From assembly GCF_058153355.1 (NCBI RefSeq), contig NZ_CM177019.1: DNA of 64,000 nt; one strand, 5' to 3'. Shown here in pieces: positions 1-11,902 of this stretch; positions within the stretch are counted from its first letter, which is position 1, and every line of letters starts with the position of its first letter. The translations under genes and the position numbers were made by a program. A model generated the notes under the pieces. It saw only the letters and a program-made list of their open reading frames with translations. It was not told the DNA's origin and made no database searches.

Positions 1-56
1 TTTCACTGCGAGACAACATTCTTCCGGTCCCTGAGCTGAGGAGAGTTGCAGCAAGA

Positions 57-1196
57 TCATCCTTTTTTCCCTCCACTGTTTTTGAGCGTTAGCACCGGAC
101 GCAGTCGCGCGACAGGAATAATTAACCCAGCCTGCACCAGACATTGCACCACGCTTTCAGCCGATTTATAAGCTTGTGGCGCTTCTTCAAAGATGAGTTG
201 TTTATCGCGACAAATTACCCGGCTGCCAAGTTCAGTACGTGAGAGTTGCGTCGCCGTGTATTTCGCTGCCAGACGCCCTTTACACTCGGTGCGCCCCCAT
301 TTACGCCCTGCCCCATGCGCCAGTGAGTGAAGCGTTTTTTCGTTCGCAACAGGTTTAACCAGCCAGGAGTAATCACCGCGTGAACCGGGAATAATCACCA
401 GACCGTTGTCATCCGGCGTAGCCCCTTTACGGTGTAACCATCCTTGTTGATCGCCGATTCGACATGCGCTAACAAAGTTATGCGCCACATCCAGAACCGA
501 ATTTCCGTTGGCCTTAACTTGTTGCATTATGCGCAAAGCGATCAGCTGGCGATTAATACGCGCAAACGCCAGCGCATCATCATGTTCCGCAATATAACTT
601 AGCGCGTCGTCACTGCCTTCCGGCAAACCATGATGCGAAAACGAGGCAATATGCCGCTGTAAAATAGACTGCCCTAAACCACGCGAGCCGCTATGGACCA
701 GCAGTTGCAGATGCTGCGCATCCAGACCTGACAGTGCAAACAGTTCAGCGTCGATAATTTGATCAACTTGTTGCAGTTCTGCGAAGTGGTTTCCGCCACC
801 GATAGAGCCAAGCGCGCAGCGCCACGGATGCTGTGCAAACGCTGACGGCAGGTTTTCCTCCAGCCAGCTTTCTTCAGCAACGTCATCCAGCACAGATAAT
901 CGCTTTTCAAACTTATCGGCGTTGTATTTACGCGCGAGAATATCTGTTTGCCATAGCGCCATGCCGCAGCCGATATCATTGCCGACCAGTGCCGGGTAAA
1001 AACGGCCTACGGAGAAGAACGCTGCGCCAATCGGATAGCCGCGTCCGGGGTGTAAATCTGGCATCCCTACTACGCGTTGCATGTCGGGTAAATTTGCCGA
1101 GGTGTGTAATTGTTGGATCGCTGAACTCTCGATCCACAGGTCATCAGATGCGATGGTAAATACCGCATCGGATAAGGGACGAATATATTTGCCCAT
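57..1196 (-). CDS. RtcB-family RNA ligase paralog (full-length counterpart of the K-12 ykfJ pseudogene; prfH expected just beyond the window start)
   Basis: 379-aa ORF with RtcB-like sequence; sits downstream of yafP on the same strand, as ykfJ-prfH do in K-12. Confidence 0.75.
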   Translation of the reverse strand: MGKYIRPLSDAVFTIASDDLWIESSAIQQLHTSANLPDMQRVVGMPDLHPGRGYPIGAAFFSVGRFYPALVGNDIGCGMALWQTDILARKYNADKFEKRLSVLDDVAEESWLEENLPSAFAQHPWRCALGSIGGGNHFAELQQVDQIIDAELFALSGLDAQHLQLLVHSGSRGLGQSILQRHIASFSHHGLPEGSDDALSYIAEHDDALAFARINRQLIALRIMQQVKANGNSVLDVAHNFVSACRIGDQQGWLHRKGATPDDNGLVIIPGSRGDYSWLVKPVANEKTLHSLAHGAGRKWGRTECKGRLAAKYTATQLSRTELGSRVICRDKQLIFEEAPQAYKSAESVVQCLVQAGLIIPVARLRPVLTLKNSGGKKG

Positions 1197-1513
1197 GTAT
1201 CATTCCATTTATACTCGTCATACTTCAAGTTGCATGTACTGCGACTGCGTTCGTTCACCCCAGTCACTTACTTTAGTAAGCTCCTGGGGATTCACTCGCT
1301 TGTCGCCTTCCTGCAACTCGAATTATTTAGAGTATATAAATATAAAAATCAGGAAATGGCAGACGAATCCAGGGCAAGAAAAAAAGAATTAATCCTGGAA
1401 AGGTCTGCAAAGAGTCATTGATAAAGGATTTTTCATGATTTACCTCCTTGCAGTTTGTGGAATAAGAAAACGCGCACATATTAGGCGGGCGTTATTTTCA
1501 TTGCAAGCTGGAT

Positions 1514-1966
1514 TTAGTGTTGCGGTTTATATCGCATATGAAAATTAGTAAACCACGCTCCCCGGCATTCAACGCGCTGCTGCTTAACTGTCTGAAAACC
1601 ATAACGTTCAAAAAAGGGTTTTGCGGTTATGCTGGCGTCCACCGTAAGTTCGGATTCAGACTTAATCAAAGGTTTTAACAAAGCGCTGGCAACCCCACGG
1701 CGAGTATATTCAGGGTCAACAAATAACATATCGATATAATGCTCAATGCAGGTAATAAAGCCGACCAGTTGTGTATTAATCACCGCAACCCGCACTTGTG
1801 ATTTCGCGAGTTTCTCTTTCCATCGATGTTCATCAATCTGCGCCCAGGCGGCAATTTGTTGTGGTGAATAATGCTGACTGGCGGTCATCGTAACCGCTCT
1901 AATAAAAATAGCGCATAGTTGCTGAAAATCGCCAGGCTGATAGTTCCTTATTTGTATATTATTCAT
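1514..1966 (-). CDS. yafP: GNAT-family N-acetyltransferase YafP
   Basis: 150-aa ORF, 4-bp overlap with dinB stop; recognised as YafP by sequence and synteny. Confidence 0.85.
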   Translation of the reverse strand: MNNIQIRNYQPGDFQQLCAIFIRAVTMTASQHYSPQQIAAWAQIDEHRWKEKLAKSQVRVAVINTQLVGFITCIEHYIDMLFVDPEYTRRGVASALLKPLIKSESELTVDASITAKPFFERYGFQTVKQQRVECRGAWFTNFHMRYKPQH

Positions 1967-3018
1967 AATCCCAGCACCAGTTGTCTTTCCATTTGCGGAT
2001 CCAGCAACGTCACATGCAGCCCCACCAGTCGCACACCGCGCCCGCCACGGCGTTCATCCCAGGTTTTACGCGCAGTGGCGATCAAGTCAGCTTTATTCAG
2101 CCGCGGCCAGACGTGTTCCTGGGTGGTTTGCTGAAAATCGTCGAACTTTAATTTCACCCCCTGGCGGGCAATCAGTAAATCAGGTTTTACCTTTGCCAGA
2201 CGACGCTCCAGTTCAGGGTAAAGCCGCTCGATGATCGCTTCACATTCAGACCAGTGATGAATATCTTCCGCCATGGTGCGTTCTACACCGACGGATTTTC
2301 GCAACCTTTCGCTGTTAACGTCGCGCTCGTCAATGCCCTGACTACGCTCCCATAAAATGCGGCCAAATTTGCCAAAGCGTTTAAGCAGAGTTACCAGATC
2401 ACACTTTTGTACATCGCCGCAGGTCCGCAGCCCCATCGCTTCCAGTTTTGCTGCCGAGACTTTGCCGACGCCGGGAATTTTTGCCAGCGGTAAGGTTTGC
2501 AGAAATGCCGGAACTTCTGCCGGCGTAATCACAAACTGACCGTTGGGTTTATTCATGTCTGAGGCGATTTTGGCGAGAAACTTGACCGGCGCAACGCCCG
2601 CAGACGCCGTCAGTTGCAGCTCGTTGAAGATCGTCTGGCGGATTTCCTGAGCGATAAGGGTCGCAGAGCCGTGGCAATGGACACTATCGGTGACGTCGAG
2701 ATAGGCTTCATCCAGTGACAGCGGCTCAATACGCGATGTGTAGCGAGAGAAGATTTCGCGGATATGATTTGACGCTTCTTTGTAGGCGTCAAAGCGCCCT
2801 GGAAGCAAGGTGAGATGCGGACACAGTTTGAGCGCCATGCCGGTTGGCATTGCGCTACGCACGCCAAATTTACGCGCGGGATAATTGGCGGTGCTGATCA
2901 CCCCCCGGCGTTCGCGGCTGCCGCCAATAGCAATAGGGATATCGCGCAGGGCGGGATTGTCGCGCATCTCCACCGCGGCGAAAAAGCAGTCCATATCCAC
3001 ATGAATGATTTTACGCAT
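1963..3018 (-). CDS. dinB: DNA polymerase IV (Y-family translesion polymerase)
   Basis: 351-aa ORF beginning [17 protein letters not shown], characteristic DinB N-terminus. Confidence 0.95.
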   Translation of the reverse strand: MRKIIHVDMDCFFAAVEMRDNPALRDIPIAIGGSRERRGVISTANYPARKFGVRSAMPTGMALKLCPHLTLLPGRFDAYKEASNHIREIFSRYTSRIEPLSLDEAYLDVTDSVHCHGSATLIAQEIRQTIFNELQLTASAGVAPVKFLAKIASDMNKPNGQFVITPAEVPAFLQTLPLAKIPGVGKVSAAKLEAMGLRTCGDVQKCDLVTLLKRFGKFGRILWERSQGIDERDVNSERLRKSVGVERTMAEDIHHWSECEAIIERLYPELERRLAKVKPDLLIARQGVKLKFDDFQQTTQEHVWPRLNKADLIATARKTWDERRGGRGVRLVGLHVTLLDPQMERQLVLGL

Positions 3019-3088
3019 TGCTCACCTCTCAACACTGGTAAAGTATACAGTGATTTCAGAGTTTGAGAAATGCGTAAAGATTCAGCAT

Positions 3089-4012
3089 TTAACGCGTTCG
3101 CTGCGAAAGCACCTGCTGCTTATCCAGCTTTTTCACCAGCGGCTGCACCACCTTATCCCCATGCTGACCAAAATATTGATACAACGTATCGGACGCGCTT
3201 TTGGTGAGCACCATAATCTCAATGCGCCGGTTACCCGCGCTTTGCGGATTTTTGGCGTCCAGCAGCATCTGGTCCGCCATCGCGCTTACCTGCATCACTT
3301 TATCTTCCGGCATTCCGGCGTCTTCCAGCACCCGACGGGCCGAGAGCGCGCGATCGCCCGAAAGGTTCCAGTTGTTGTAGATATTGCTTTTATAGGCCAT
3401 CGCATCGGTATGCCCGGTAATAATAATTTTGTTGTCGAGCGAGTCGAACACTGGCGCGAGCTCCACCAGCAGCGTTTTAAAGAACGGCATAATCTTCGCG
3501 CTGCCGCGTTCAAACATATTGCGGTTCTGGTCATCTTTAATCAGCACGCGTAATCCCTGCGGAACAATCTCCATCTCCAGATTGGCTTCCATATGCGCAT
3601 CGCGGGCGATGGTGTTGATACTGGTCGCCAGCTCGCCAAGCTCAGTGGCGGACTTCTTCTTCAGTAGCGCCGTTTTCTCGTTGACGTCGCGCGCTTTTTT
3701 CTCCGTCTCTTCCGGCACCGCCACGGTGGCAGGTTTCGGCGGATGCGTCGGGCTGATTTTATTTAACGGCGATAGCCCGCCGCCATTGAAAATCGACTGC
3801 CCGTGCAGCGCGGCGATAATGCTTTCACGCTCGGATTTACTGACGCTGTTGACAATCCACAGCGTCATAAACAGCGCCATCATTGCCAAAGTAAAGTCGG
3901 CGAACGCCACCTTCCACGCCCCGCCGTGATGCCCGGCATGATTCTTTTTGATCTGCCGCCGGACGATGGTCGTTTTTGCCCCTCGCTCGCGGCGGTTGCC
4001 CGTCTTCCTCAT
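3089..4012 (-). CDS. lafU: Lateral flagellar stator protein, MotB-like (OmpA-type peptidoglycan-binding domain)
   Basis: MotB-like ORF with a TM segment and OmpA-like C-terminus; ATG at 4012 is 1 nt from lafT stop (the track ORF extends to 4045); intact, unlike the K-12 remnant. Confidence 0.8.
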   Translation of the reverse strand: MRKTGNRRERGAKTTIVRRQIKKNHAGHHGGAWKVAFADFTLAMMALFMTLWIVNSVSKSERESIIAALHGQSIFNGGGLSPLNKISPTHPPKPATVAVPEETEKKARDVNEKTALLKKKSATELGELATSINTIARDAHMEANLEMEIVPQGLRVLIKDDQNRNMFERGSAKIMPFFKTLLVELAPVFDSLDNKIIITGHTDAMAYKSNIYNNWNLSGDRALSARRVLEDAGMPEDKVMQVSAMADQMLLDAKNPQSAGNRRIEIMVLTKSASDTLYQYFGQHGDKVVQPLVKKLDKQQVLSQRTR

Positions 4013-4014
4013 GC

Positions 4015-4878
4015 TTATTCTTGCTCCAGCATCGCATTCACCCACGCGTCGAGGTTGGCGAAAGTCGGTTTGGACGCCAGATGCAGCAGCTTACGCCCGG
4101 CATCCACCGCCAGCAGCGTCGGTTTGCCGCCCGCCTGCGCCACCAGCACGGTACGCACGCACTCCAGCAGCGAATGTTCCGCCCGCGCCTGCTGTTCCAT
4201 GGCGTTGGCGAGCGGGTCCATCAGGCAGTAGCAGATAAAGACGCCTAAAAACGTTCCCACCAGCGCCGCCGCCACTTTCAGGCCAATCAGGGCGATAGAG
4301 CCATCAATCGACTGCATGGTGATGATGATGCCCAGCACTGCCGCGCAAATGCCAAACCCCGGCATCGCTTCGGCGGTACGTTGCAACGAGCGCGACGGTG
4401 TTAGCAGCGATTCTTCGGCGGTGTCCAGCTCCTGATCGAGAATGCCTTCCAGTTCATGGGCGTCGATTTTGCCCATCGCCATCAGGCGAAAGTTATCGGC
4501 AATAAAAGTCACCAGCCGCTTCTGGGTTAATATCAGCGGGTATTTCTGGAAAATAGTGCTCTCTTCCGGCTGCTCGATATGCTGATCCAGCATACGCAGG
4601 CCGCCGTTTTGCACCATTTCGAGCAACTCATACAGGCACATTAAAAGCTGACGCTGAAACTCCGGCCCGAGCTGTTTTTTACTGATCACGCCTTTAATTT
4701 GATGGGCAATCTCTTTCAGCACATGTTTTGGGTTACCAATAATCATTGCCCCGAAACCTGCGCCTAAAATAATGATCATTTCCGCCGGTTGCCAGATAGC
4801 GACTAATTGTCCACCCGCTTCAAAATATCCGCCAAATACGCAGCCGAGCACCACCAGTAAACCTAATATTTTTTGCAT
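4015..4878 (-). CDS. lafT: Lateral flagellar stator protein, MotA-like
   Basis: 287-aa multi-TM ORF with MotA/TolQ/ExbB-like sequence, directly upstream of the MotB-like gene. Confidence 0.85.
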   Translation of the reverse strand: MQKILGLLVVLGCVFGGYFEAGGQLVAIWQPAEMIIILGAGFGAMIIGNPKHVLKEIAHQIKGVISKKQLGPEFQRQLLMCLYELLEMVQNGGLRMLDQHIEQPEESTIFQKYPLILTQKRLVTFIADNFRLMAMGKIDAHELEGILDQELDTAEESLLTPSRSLQRTAEAMPGFGICAAVLGIIITMQSIDGSIALIGLKVAAALVGTFLGVFICYCLMDPLANAMEQQARAEHSLLECVRTVLVAQAGGKPTLLAVDAGRKLLHLASKPTFANLDAWVNAMLEQE

Positions 4879-4890
4879 GATTTCTTCACT

Positions 4891-5607
4891 TTAATTCGGA
4901 TAGACAAAATCACGAATTTTCTGCGCGATCTGTTTATTCAGTTGACAAATTCGGGCCTCGGTTAGCCCTAATACCAGCGCAATTTCTTTGAGATTCATCT
5001 CATGTTGGTAATACATGGAGAGGATCAGTTGCTCTTTTTCACTTAATTGTGAAAGCGCCTGTTGCAGCATTTGCTGAGTAATAAACTGATCTTCCAGTTC
5101 CCTGCCAGCAAGCGGAATGCCAGGCCCTTCGCCGTTCAGCAGTTCGTCAAGGCTGGCGAGCGTTTCCGCTCCTTCCAGTTGCTGATATTCGAGATAATCT
5201 TCATGCGAGATCCCTTCCACAGCCAGTTCTGACCACTCCGGTTCGTGCCCCAGTTTCTTACGCGTTTCGCGTATCAGGTCCTTCATCTGATGATATTTCT
5301 GCCGCAGCTGGCGCGGTCGCCAGTCGAGAGCGCGCAGTTCATCCAGGATCGCACCGCGAATACGGTGCACGGCATAGCCCACAAAACCTTCGTCCGGCAG
5401 CCCGTAGCGGCGAATGGCGTTAAGCAGCCCCATTAACGCCGTTTGTTCCATATCCTGACGGTCAATAATACAGTTACATTGCGGGGCAAGTTGCCGCACC
5501 ACTTTACGCACCAATGGTAAATAGGCCTGCAAATAGTGGCTCTCCTGCTGCGCGGTTAATACCGGCGCGGCAGCAAATTCTTCTGACTCGAATACATCCT
5601 GTAGCAT
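4891..5607 (-). CDS. lafS: Sigma-28 (FliA-family) lateral flagellar sigma factor
   Basis: 238-aa ORF with sigma-70-family regions 2-4; position matches fliA in lateral flagellar operons. Confidence 0.85.
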   Translation of the reverse strand: MLQDVFESEEFAAAPVLTAQQESHYLQAYLPLVRKVVRQLAPQCNCIIDRQDMEQTALMGLLNAIRRYGLPDEGFVGYAVHRIRGAILDELRALDWRPRQLRQKYHQMKDLIRETRKKLGHEPEWSELAVEGISHEDYLEYQQLEGAETLASLDELLNGEGPGIPLAGRELEDQFITQQMLQQALSQLSEKEQLILSMYYQHEMNLKEIALVLGLTEARICQLNKQIAQKIRDFVYPN

Positions 5608-5626
5608 GTTTATATCCGCCTGGTGA

Positions 5627-6094
5627 TTACTGGAAGACCACTTTTTTCACCAGTAAATCCTTATACGGTGCGCTCATTTTGCGACGCTGAAGATCTTGCT
5701 TTAGCGCGTCAGAAATCAGTTTGCGGATGGCAGATATTTTCATGCCGCGCAAATCTTCAAATTTCATTTCCGTCAGGCATTCAACTGCAATACTTTGATA
5801 CAGCGGCTCCTGATTTTTTATTTTTTCCGCTTCTTTATCATTGGCGACCACCATGACTAACTCCGCCGACAAATAATGATCCGCGCCATTTTTATCATGC
5901 AGCGTGACAATGGTTTCCGGTAAGGTCACAAATACGCTTTTGCTCTCATCCAGAGTTTCCACGGATTCCGTCTGCGCGGCGGCAGTCGGTTTTCCTTTTC
6001 CGGCATAGTGATGCCAGACTCCCCATCCTGCTCCGGCACCTACCACTAACGCCAGCACGGCGCTGACCACGCCCGCCACCACGATTTTCTTCAT
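5627..6094 (-). CDS. lafF: FliL-like flagellar basal-body-associated protein
   Basis: 155-aa ORF with N-terminal TM helix and FliL-like sequence. Confidence 0.7.
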   Translation of the reverse strand: MKKIVVAGVVSAVLALVVGAGAGWGVWHHYAGKGKPTAAAQTESVETLDESKSVFVTLPETIVTLHDKNGADHYLSAELVMVVANDKEAEKIKNQEPLYQSIAVECLTEMKFEDLRGMKISAIRKLISDALKQDLQRRKMSAPYKDLLVKKVVFQ

Positions 6095-6101
6095 CTTGCC
6101 T

Positions 6102-7166
6102 TTACACTTTGATTAAAACGGATTCGTTCTGTGGAAATTGAGGCGCATCGTCAAGAAGTAAGGCGGCACTCACCTCTTCCTGCTGATGGCCCGACTGTTG
6201 TTGCTGTTGCTGCGACTGCCCTTCGGAGGAAACCTGTACGTTCACCTCCATAAAATTTTGCGCCGTCAGATGCTGGCGGAGATCGTCGCTAAACTGCTGT
6301 AACGCGCGACAAACCTCGCTTTGGTTCGCGCCGATGTGCACCGTCAGTTTGCCGTTGTCGAGTTGCACGGCGATCTCGAGCTTGCCAAGCGACGGCGGAT
6401 CAAGACGTATCGTGGAGATCTGCTGTTGTTTGTTGAGCTGAAAGTGGATCTGATCTTTCAGAAGCGTCGTCAGCTTTTCGCCCAGTTCGTCCATCGAAAA
6501 CGTGGCTGGTTTGGCGACAATCTCCTGATGATCGCTGACCAGCTCCGGCGTCTTAACCTGCAACACGGCCCTCGCAATAACCGGCTCGCTGTCTGCTACT
6601 TTTTCCGTTTTACGCTCGACCTGCGGGCGCGCGGTCACGCGGTTTGGCTCAGGTTTCGGACGAGCGGGCTGTGCCGATACGCGCGGCTGCGTCGGCGCAA
6701 TGGCATGTAAATCTTCACTGGCGTAAGTCGCCAGTCTGGCCTGCTGCTCCGGTTTCGCCTGTGGCAACTGGCCGACCAGCGCCTGCAACTGCGGCGGCAA
6801 CGGCGTGGGCTCCTGCTGTTGCGTCGGGTATTGTGGCGCGTTTTGCGCCACCGCTTTCGTCAAGTGCTGGATAACCGGCGATGTTGCGACATTTCGCGGC
6901 TGCGGCGTGTCCTGATGCAGCGCGGCAGGTTGCGGAAGTAACAGTGCCAGTAGCGCCTGCATCGCCACCGGATCGTTCTCCTGCGGGCGCGTCGCCTGTT
7001 GCTGGCTGGTTTTAGCGCTATGAACGCGCTCCGCCACCGCCGCGACCGCCATTTTCGGCAGGGTAAACGCGGGCGCGTTTTCACCGCTCACCGGCGGTAA
7101 AATATCCGCTTTCAGCGACGCCGTTTCCGCAAGCGTTCCGAGCGTGGCAAGCAATGCCGGATTCAT
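6102..7166 (-). CDS. lafE: FliK-like hook-length control protein
   Basis: 354-aa Pro/Gln-rich ORF with FliK-type C-terminal domain. Confidence 0.7.
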   Translation of the reverse strand: MNPALLATLGTLAETASLKADILPPVSGENAPAFTLPKMAVAAVAERVHSAKTSQQQATRPQENDPVAMQALLALLLPQPAALHQDTPQPRNVATSPVIQHLTKAVAQNAPQYPTQQQEPTPLPPQLQALVGQLPQAKPEQQARLATYASEDLHAIAPTQPRVSAQPARPKPEPNRVTARPQVERKTEKVADSEPVIARAVLQVKTPELVSDHQEIVAKPATFSMDELGEKLTTLLKDQIHFQLNKQQQISTIRLDPPSLGKLEIAVQLDNGKLTVHIGANQSEVCRALQQFSDDLRQHLTAQNFMEVNVQVSSEGQSQQQQQQSGHQQEEVSAALLLDDAPQFPQNESVLIKV

Positions 7167-7474
7167 GACTTATCCGAAAGTAAATTAATAATTGAGTAGG
7201 CCAGCACGCCTTCCTGATGGCGCTGATGCTGTTCCATACGCGCCTTCAACACTTCTGCACGCTGCTCGCGCCGTTTAATCAGGGCATTAAACGCGCCGTA
7301 CAATTGTGCTTTCACCGCACACAACTGCGCCGCATCGGTTTCCGCCGCTGCGTAATCGTGAAACTGGCGCATCAACTGCTTATGCAGTGCCGGAAGGCGT
7401 CGCCAGCGTTGTTTATCCAGCGATTCATTCATCGCCTCAATCAGCGCGAAAAGTTGCCTGCATTGTTTTTCCAT
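7163..7474 (-). CDS. lafD: Small flagellar chaperone, FliT-like by position
   Basis: 103-aa helical ORF between the FliS-like and FliK-like genes; call is by synteny, sequence similarity is weak. Confidence 0.5.
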   Translation of the reverse strand: MEKQCRQLFALIEAMNESLDKQRWRRLPALHKQLMRQFHDYAAAETDAAQLCAVKAQLYGAFNALIKRREQRAEVLKARMEQHQRHQEGVLAYSIINLLSDKS

Positions 7475-7478
7475 CGTC

Positions 7479-7871
7479 TTAACCCAGCTTGCCCGAAAGC
7501 CCTTCCCAGCCTTCGCGCAGGTTGCTTAAAATCAGCATCACTTCATCGATTTTCTCCGCCGACAGCTCGCCGCTGGCCTCATACAAGCGATAAACGCAGT
7601 GGTCATAGAGGCGCGAAAGATTCACCACCAGCTCGCCGCCGGTTTCAAATTCCAGCGAACTGGTGAGTGCATTGAGAATGTCGATGCATTTATTGATGCT
7701 CTGGGCTTTCTTCTCGAAACGCCGCCCTTCAATATGACTTTTGGCGCGTTCCAGCTCGTCCATCAGGCCAGAAAACAGCACCAGCACCAGTTCCAGAGGC
7801 GAAGCCGCCGCAGTACGCGCCGCGAGATCGATCTCTTTATATTGCGAATAGCCATCCTGTACTTGGTACAT
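7479..7871 (-). CDS. lafC: FliS flagellin-specific chaperone
   Basis: 130-aa ORF with clear FliS-like sequence. Confidence 0.85.
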   Translation of the reverse strand: MYQVQDGYSQYKEIDLAARTAAASPLELVLVLFSGLMDELERAKSHIEGRRFEKKAQSINKCIDILNALTSSLEFETGGELVVNLSRLYDHCVYRLYEASGELSAEKIDEVMLILSNLREGWEGLSGKLG

Positions 7872-7893
7872 CTTTAGGGATATTCCTTCTGAG

Positions 7894-9210
7894 TTACGCG
7901 AATGCCGCCATGCTGGCTTTCATGGTGTACACCTCAACCAGCGTGTTGGTGTACTCCTCCAGATAACGGTCGTAGTTGGCGTTATAGGTATCGGTAAGCT
8001 GATCGCCTTCGTCCTGAATTTTGCTCATCTGATCGTCAATGTTCTGCTGGCGCAGGGTGATGATGCCGTTGCTGGAGTCCGTGTAGGTGTTAATCAGGTC
8101 ATCCATCTGCGCCACCATGCTGTTGTCGCCAACGAAAATAGAGGTCAGACCGTCAGGATTTTTCGCCATTTCGTCGTTGAACTGGTCGGAGTCAATCTGT
8201 AAGTGGCCGTGAGAATCAAGCGTGATGCCATAGTCAACAATCGACACCCCGTTGTAGCTGGCATGGGCGATATCATCGAGCTGGTTCGCCAGTGAGCTGA
8301 GTCCGGCGTCACCCGCAAATACCCCGGCGCTGGTACTGTCATCACCGTGGGTGGTCAACGAATCAACCGTATCAATCAAGGTGTTATAGGCATCAACAAA
8401 GGTCTGTACTTTCTCCTGGCTGGCGCTGGAATCTTCGCTGATGTTAAAGGTAGTGAGATCGCTGTCAGAATCGCTGACTTCGGTGAAAGTCATGGTGACG
8501 CCGGGGATCACATCATCAAAGGTGTTGCTGCTATTGGTGATCTCTGGCCCCGTGGCGCTGCCGAGATGAATAATCGCGTCCTGAGCGGAGGAAACATCCG
8601 TGGCAACGGGCGCGCTGGCGCTGTCGTTGCTGGCGTCATGCCCCGTTACGCTCACCGAAAATGCGCTCTGCGCCCCGGTGCTGTCCGAGGTGAGCATAAT
8701 GGTGGTGGTGCCGTCGGTTTTCACCAGCGCCGCCGACACACCTGGATTGTCATCGGAGTCGTTAATCGCATTCACCAGCTCGCTGGCGTCGATAAAACCG
8801 TCGCCGTCACCGTTCTGATCCGCCGCCGACAGATCAATATCCATGGTGCTGTCGCCCATCGTCAGTTCAAAAGTGCCGGTAGCGGAAAAGGCGTCGTCGC
8901 CCATACTGAACGTGGTCTGCTGCCCCTGCGCCAGTTGCTCAACATAAAATGAGTAGCTTCCCGCCTGCGCCTGCGAGTTAGCGGACACGGTCGCCGAGTC
9001 ATTATTGCTGGTGGCGGCAAACGTTACCGGGCCGTCGGTATCGCTGTTCAGCGCATCGACGGCACTTTGAAAATCGCTCAACGCCGAGCTGAGCGTATCC
9101 AGGCCGCTGCTTTCGGCATCCAGCTCCGTTTGCTTTTCCTGCAAATTTGCCGCCTGAGTGGCGACATCCGCATAAGCGATTTCCTGGGCAATAGTTCTTG
9201 GGTTAATCAT
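7894..9210 (-). CDS. lafB: FliD-like filament cap protein (HAP2)
   Basis: 438-aa ORF with FliD-like N- and C-terminal regions and Ser/Thr/Asp-rich centre. Confidence 0.8.
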   Translation of the reverse strand: MINPRTIAQEIAYADVATQAANLQEKQTELDAESSGLDTLSSALSDFQSAVDALNSDTDGPVTFAATSNNDSATVSANSQAQAGSYSFYVEQLAQGQQTTFSMGDDAFSATGTFELTMGDSTMDIDLSAADQNGDGDGFIDASELVNAINDSDDNPGVSAALVKTDGTTTIMLTSDSTGAQSAFSVSVTGHDASNDSASAPVATDVSSAQDAIIHLGSATGPEITNSSNTFDDVIPGVTMTFTEVSDSDSDLTTFNISEDSSASQEKVQTFVDAYNTLIDTVDSLTTHGDDSTSAGVFAGDAGLSSLANQLDDIAHASYNGVSIVDYGITLDSHGHLQIDSDQFNDEMAKNPDGLTSIFVGDNSMVAQMDDLINTYTDSSNGIITLRQQNIDDQMSKIQDEGDQLTDTYNANYDRYLEEYTNTLVEVYTMKASMAAFA

Positions 9211-9335
9211 TGATGACTCCGGTTAACGATATCAGGTTATTGGCAAAAGGCGTGCCAATAATTTTTATGTGAATAATCAATAGATTGAAAAATGGGCGGA
9301 AAGCGTGTTTCCGGTTCGGCGGAAAAGTGCCTGCC

Positions 9336-9365
9336 GCAAAAAGCACAACACCGCCCGCAGGCGGT
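9336..9365 (-). terminator. Putative rho-independent terminator (GC hairpin plus T-run on the minus strand)
   Basis: Stem accgcc/ggcggt with loop cgca at 9350-9365, followed on the minus strand by CTTTTTG; probably the original lafA terminator, now separated from lafA by REPs and IS621. Confidence 0.4.
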
Positions 9366-9371
9366 ATTGTT

Positions 9372-10881
<1,510 letters not shown>

Positions 10882-10987
10882 CATGCCTGCAATCTGGGAA
10901 ACCGGGGTAGAAAAAAACTTGCAGGCCATAACAGTATCTACGGGTCCGCACCTGTTTTTATGCGTCTGCCCGTTTGTAGGCCCGAAC

Positions 10988-11902
10988 TTACTGCAGCAGG
11001 CTGGAAACCATGCTGGACATGCTGTTGGACTGTTTCAGCATGGTAATACCGGTCTGCATCAGCACCTGCTGTTTGGTCATGTTGGACGCTTCCGTCGCGT
11101 AATCGGTATCCATAATGTTGCCGATAGCGACTTCGGTGTTGTCCTGCATGCTGGTCAGGTTGTTTGCGGTGTCGTTCAGACGGTTGATAGACGCACCCAG
11201 CTTGGACTGGATCTGCGAAACATCATCCATCGCGGTAGAAATGCTGGTGATCATCTGGTTAGCCGAGCCAGATGCGGTCAGTTCAGTACCGCCAGAAACG
11301 CCTGCGGTGCCCGTGGTGTCAGCCTGATCCGCACTGAAGGAGTTGCTGATAGCAGAAAGATCCGTCACCAGCGTGTTCAGCTGGCTTGAAATATTCACGG
11401 TCATGGTGTCGGAAGATTCCGCTCCCACCTGGAAAGTTACTGCGCTCTGGAACAGACCGTCAGTACCGGTGTTGCTGGTACCGGAAACACCGAACAGGTT
11501 GGTGCCGCCATAAGTGGTGTTTTGCAGCATGTCAGACATCTGCTGACCCAGTTCGTCGTATTCGTCCTGCATCGCCTGCAGATCGTCGTCGCTGTAGGTG
11601 CCGTTCGCTGCCTGAGTTGACAGGTCTTTCATACGACCCAGCACATCAGACATTTCATCGAACATACTGTCGGCGGTTTGCAGCATCGCCGTTGCATCAT
11701 TAATGTTGCTCAGTGCCACACCCATACCGCTGGACTGTGCAGTCAGACGGTTAGCAATCTGTTTGCCTGCGGCGTCATCGGCAGAAGAGTTAATCCGGTT
11801 ACCTGTTGCCAGGCGTTCCATAGATGTAGACAAAGAAGAGCTGCTTTTGCTGATTGCATTAACGGCGGCCATTGAGGCGTTATTGGTGTTAATAGATAAC
11901 AT
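10988..11902 (-). CDS. lafA: Lateral flagellin
   Basis: ORF with flagellin N-terminus (MLSINTNNAS...RINSSADDAAGKQIANR) and conserved C-terminus; AAGGAG RBS before ATG at 11902; the track ORF extends to 12001. Confidence 0.85.
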   Translation of the reverse strand: MLSINTNNASMAAVNAISKSSSSLSTSMERLATGNRINSSADDAAGKQIANRLTAQSSGMGVALSNINDATAMLQTADSMFDEMSDVLGRMKDLSTQAANGTYSDDDLQAMQDEYDELGQQMSDMLQNTTYGGTNLFGVSGTSNTGTDGLFQSAVTFQVGAESSDTMTVNISSQLNTLVTDLSAISNSFSADQADTTGTAGVSGGTELTASGSANQMITSISTAMDDVSQIQSKLGASINRLNDTANNLTSMQDNTEVAIGNIMDTDYATEASNMTKQQVLMQTGITMLKQSNSMSSMVSSLLQ

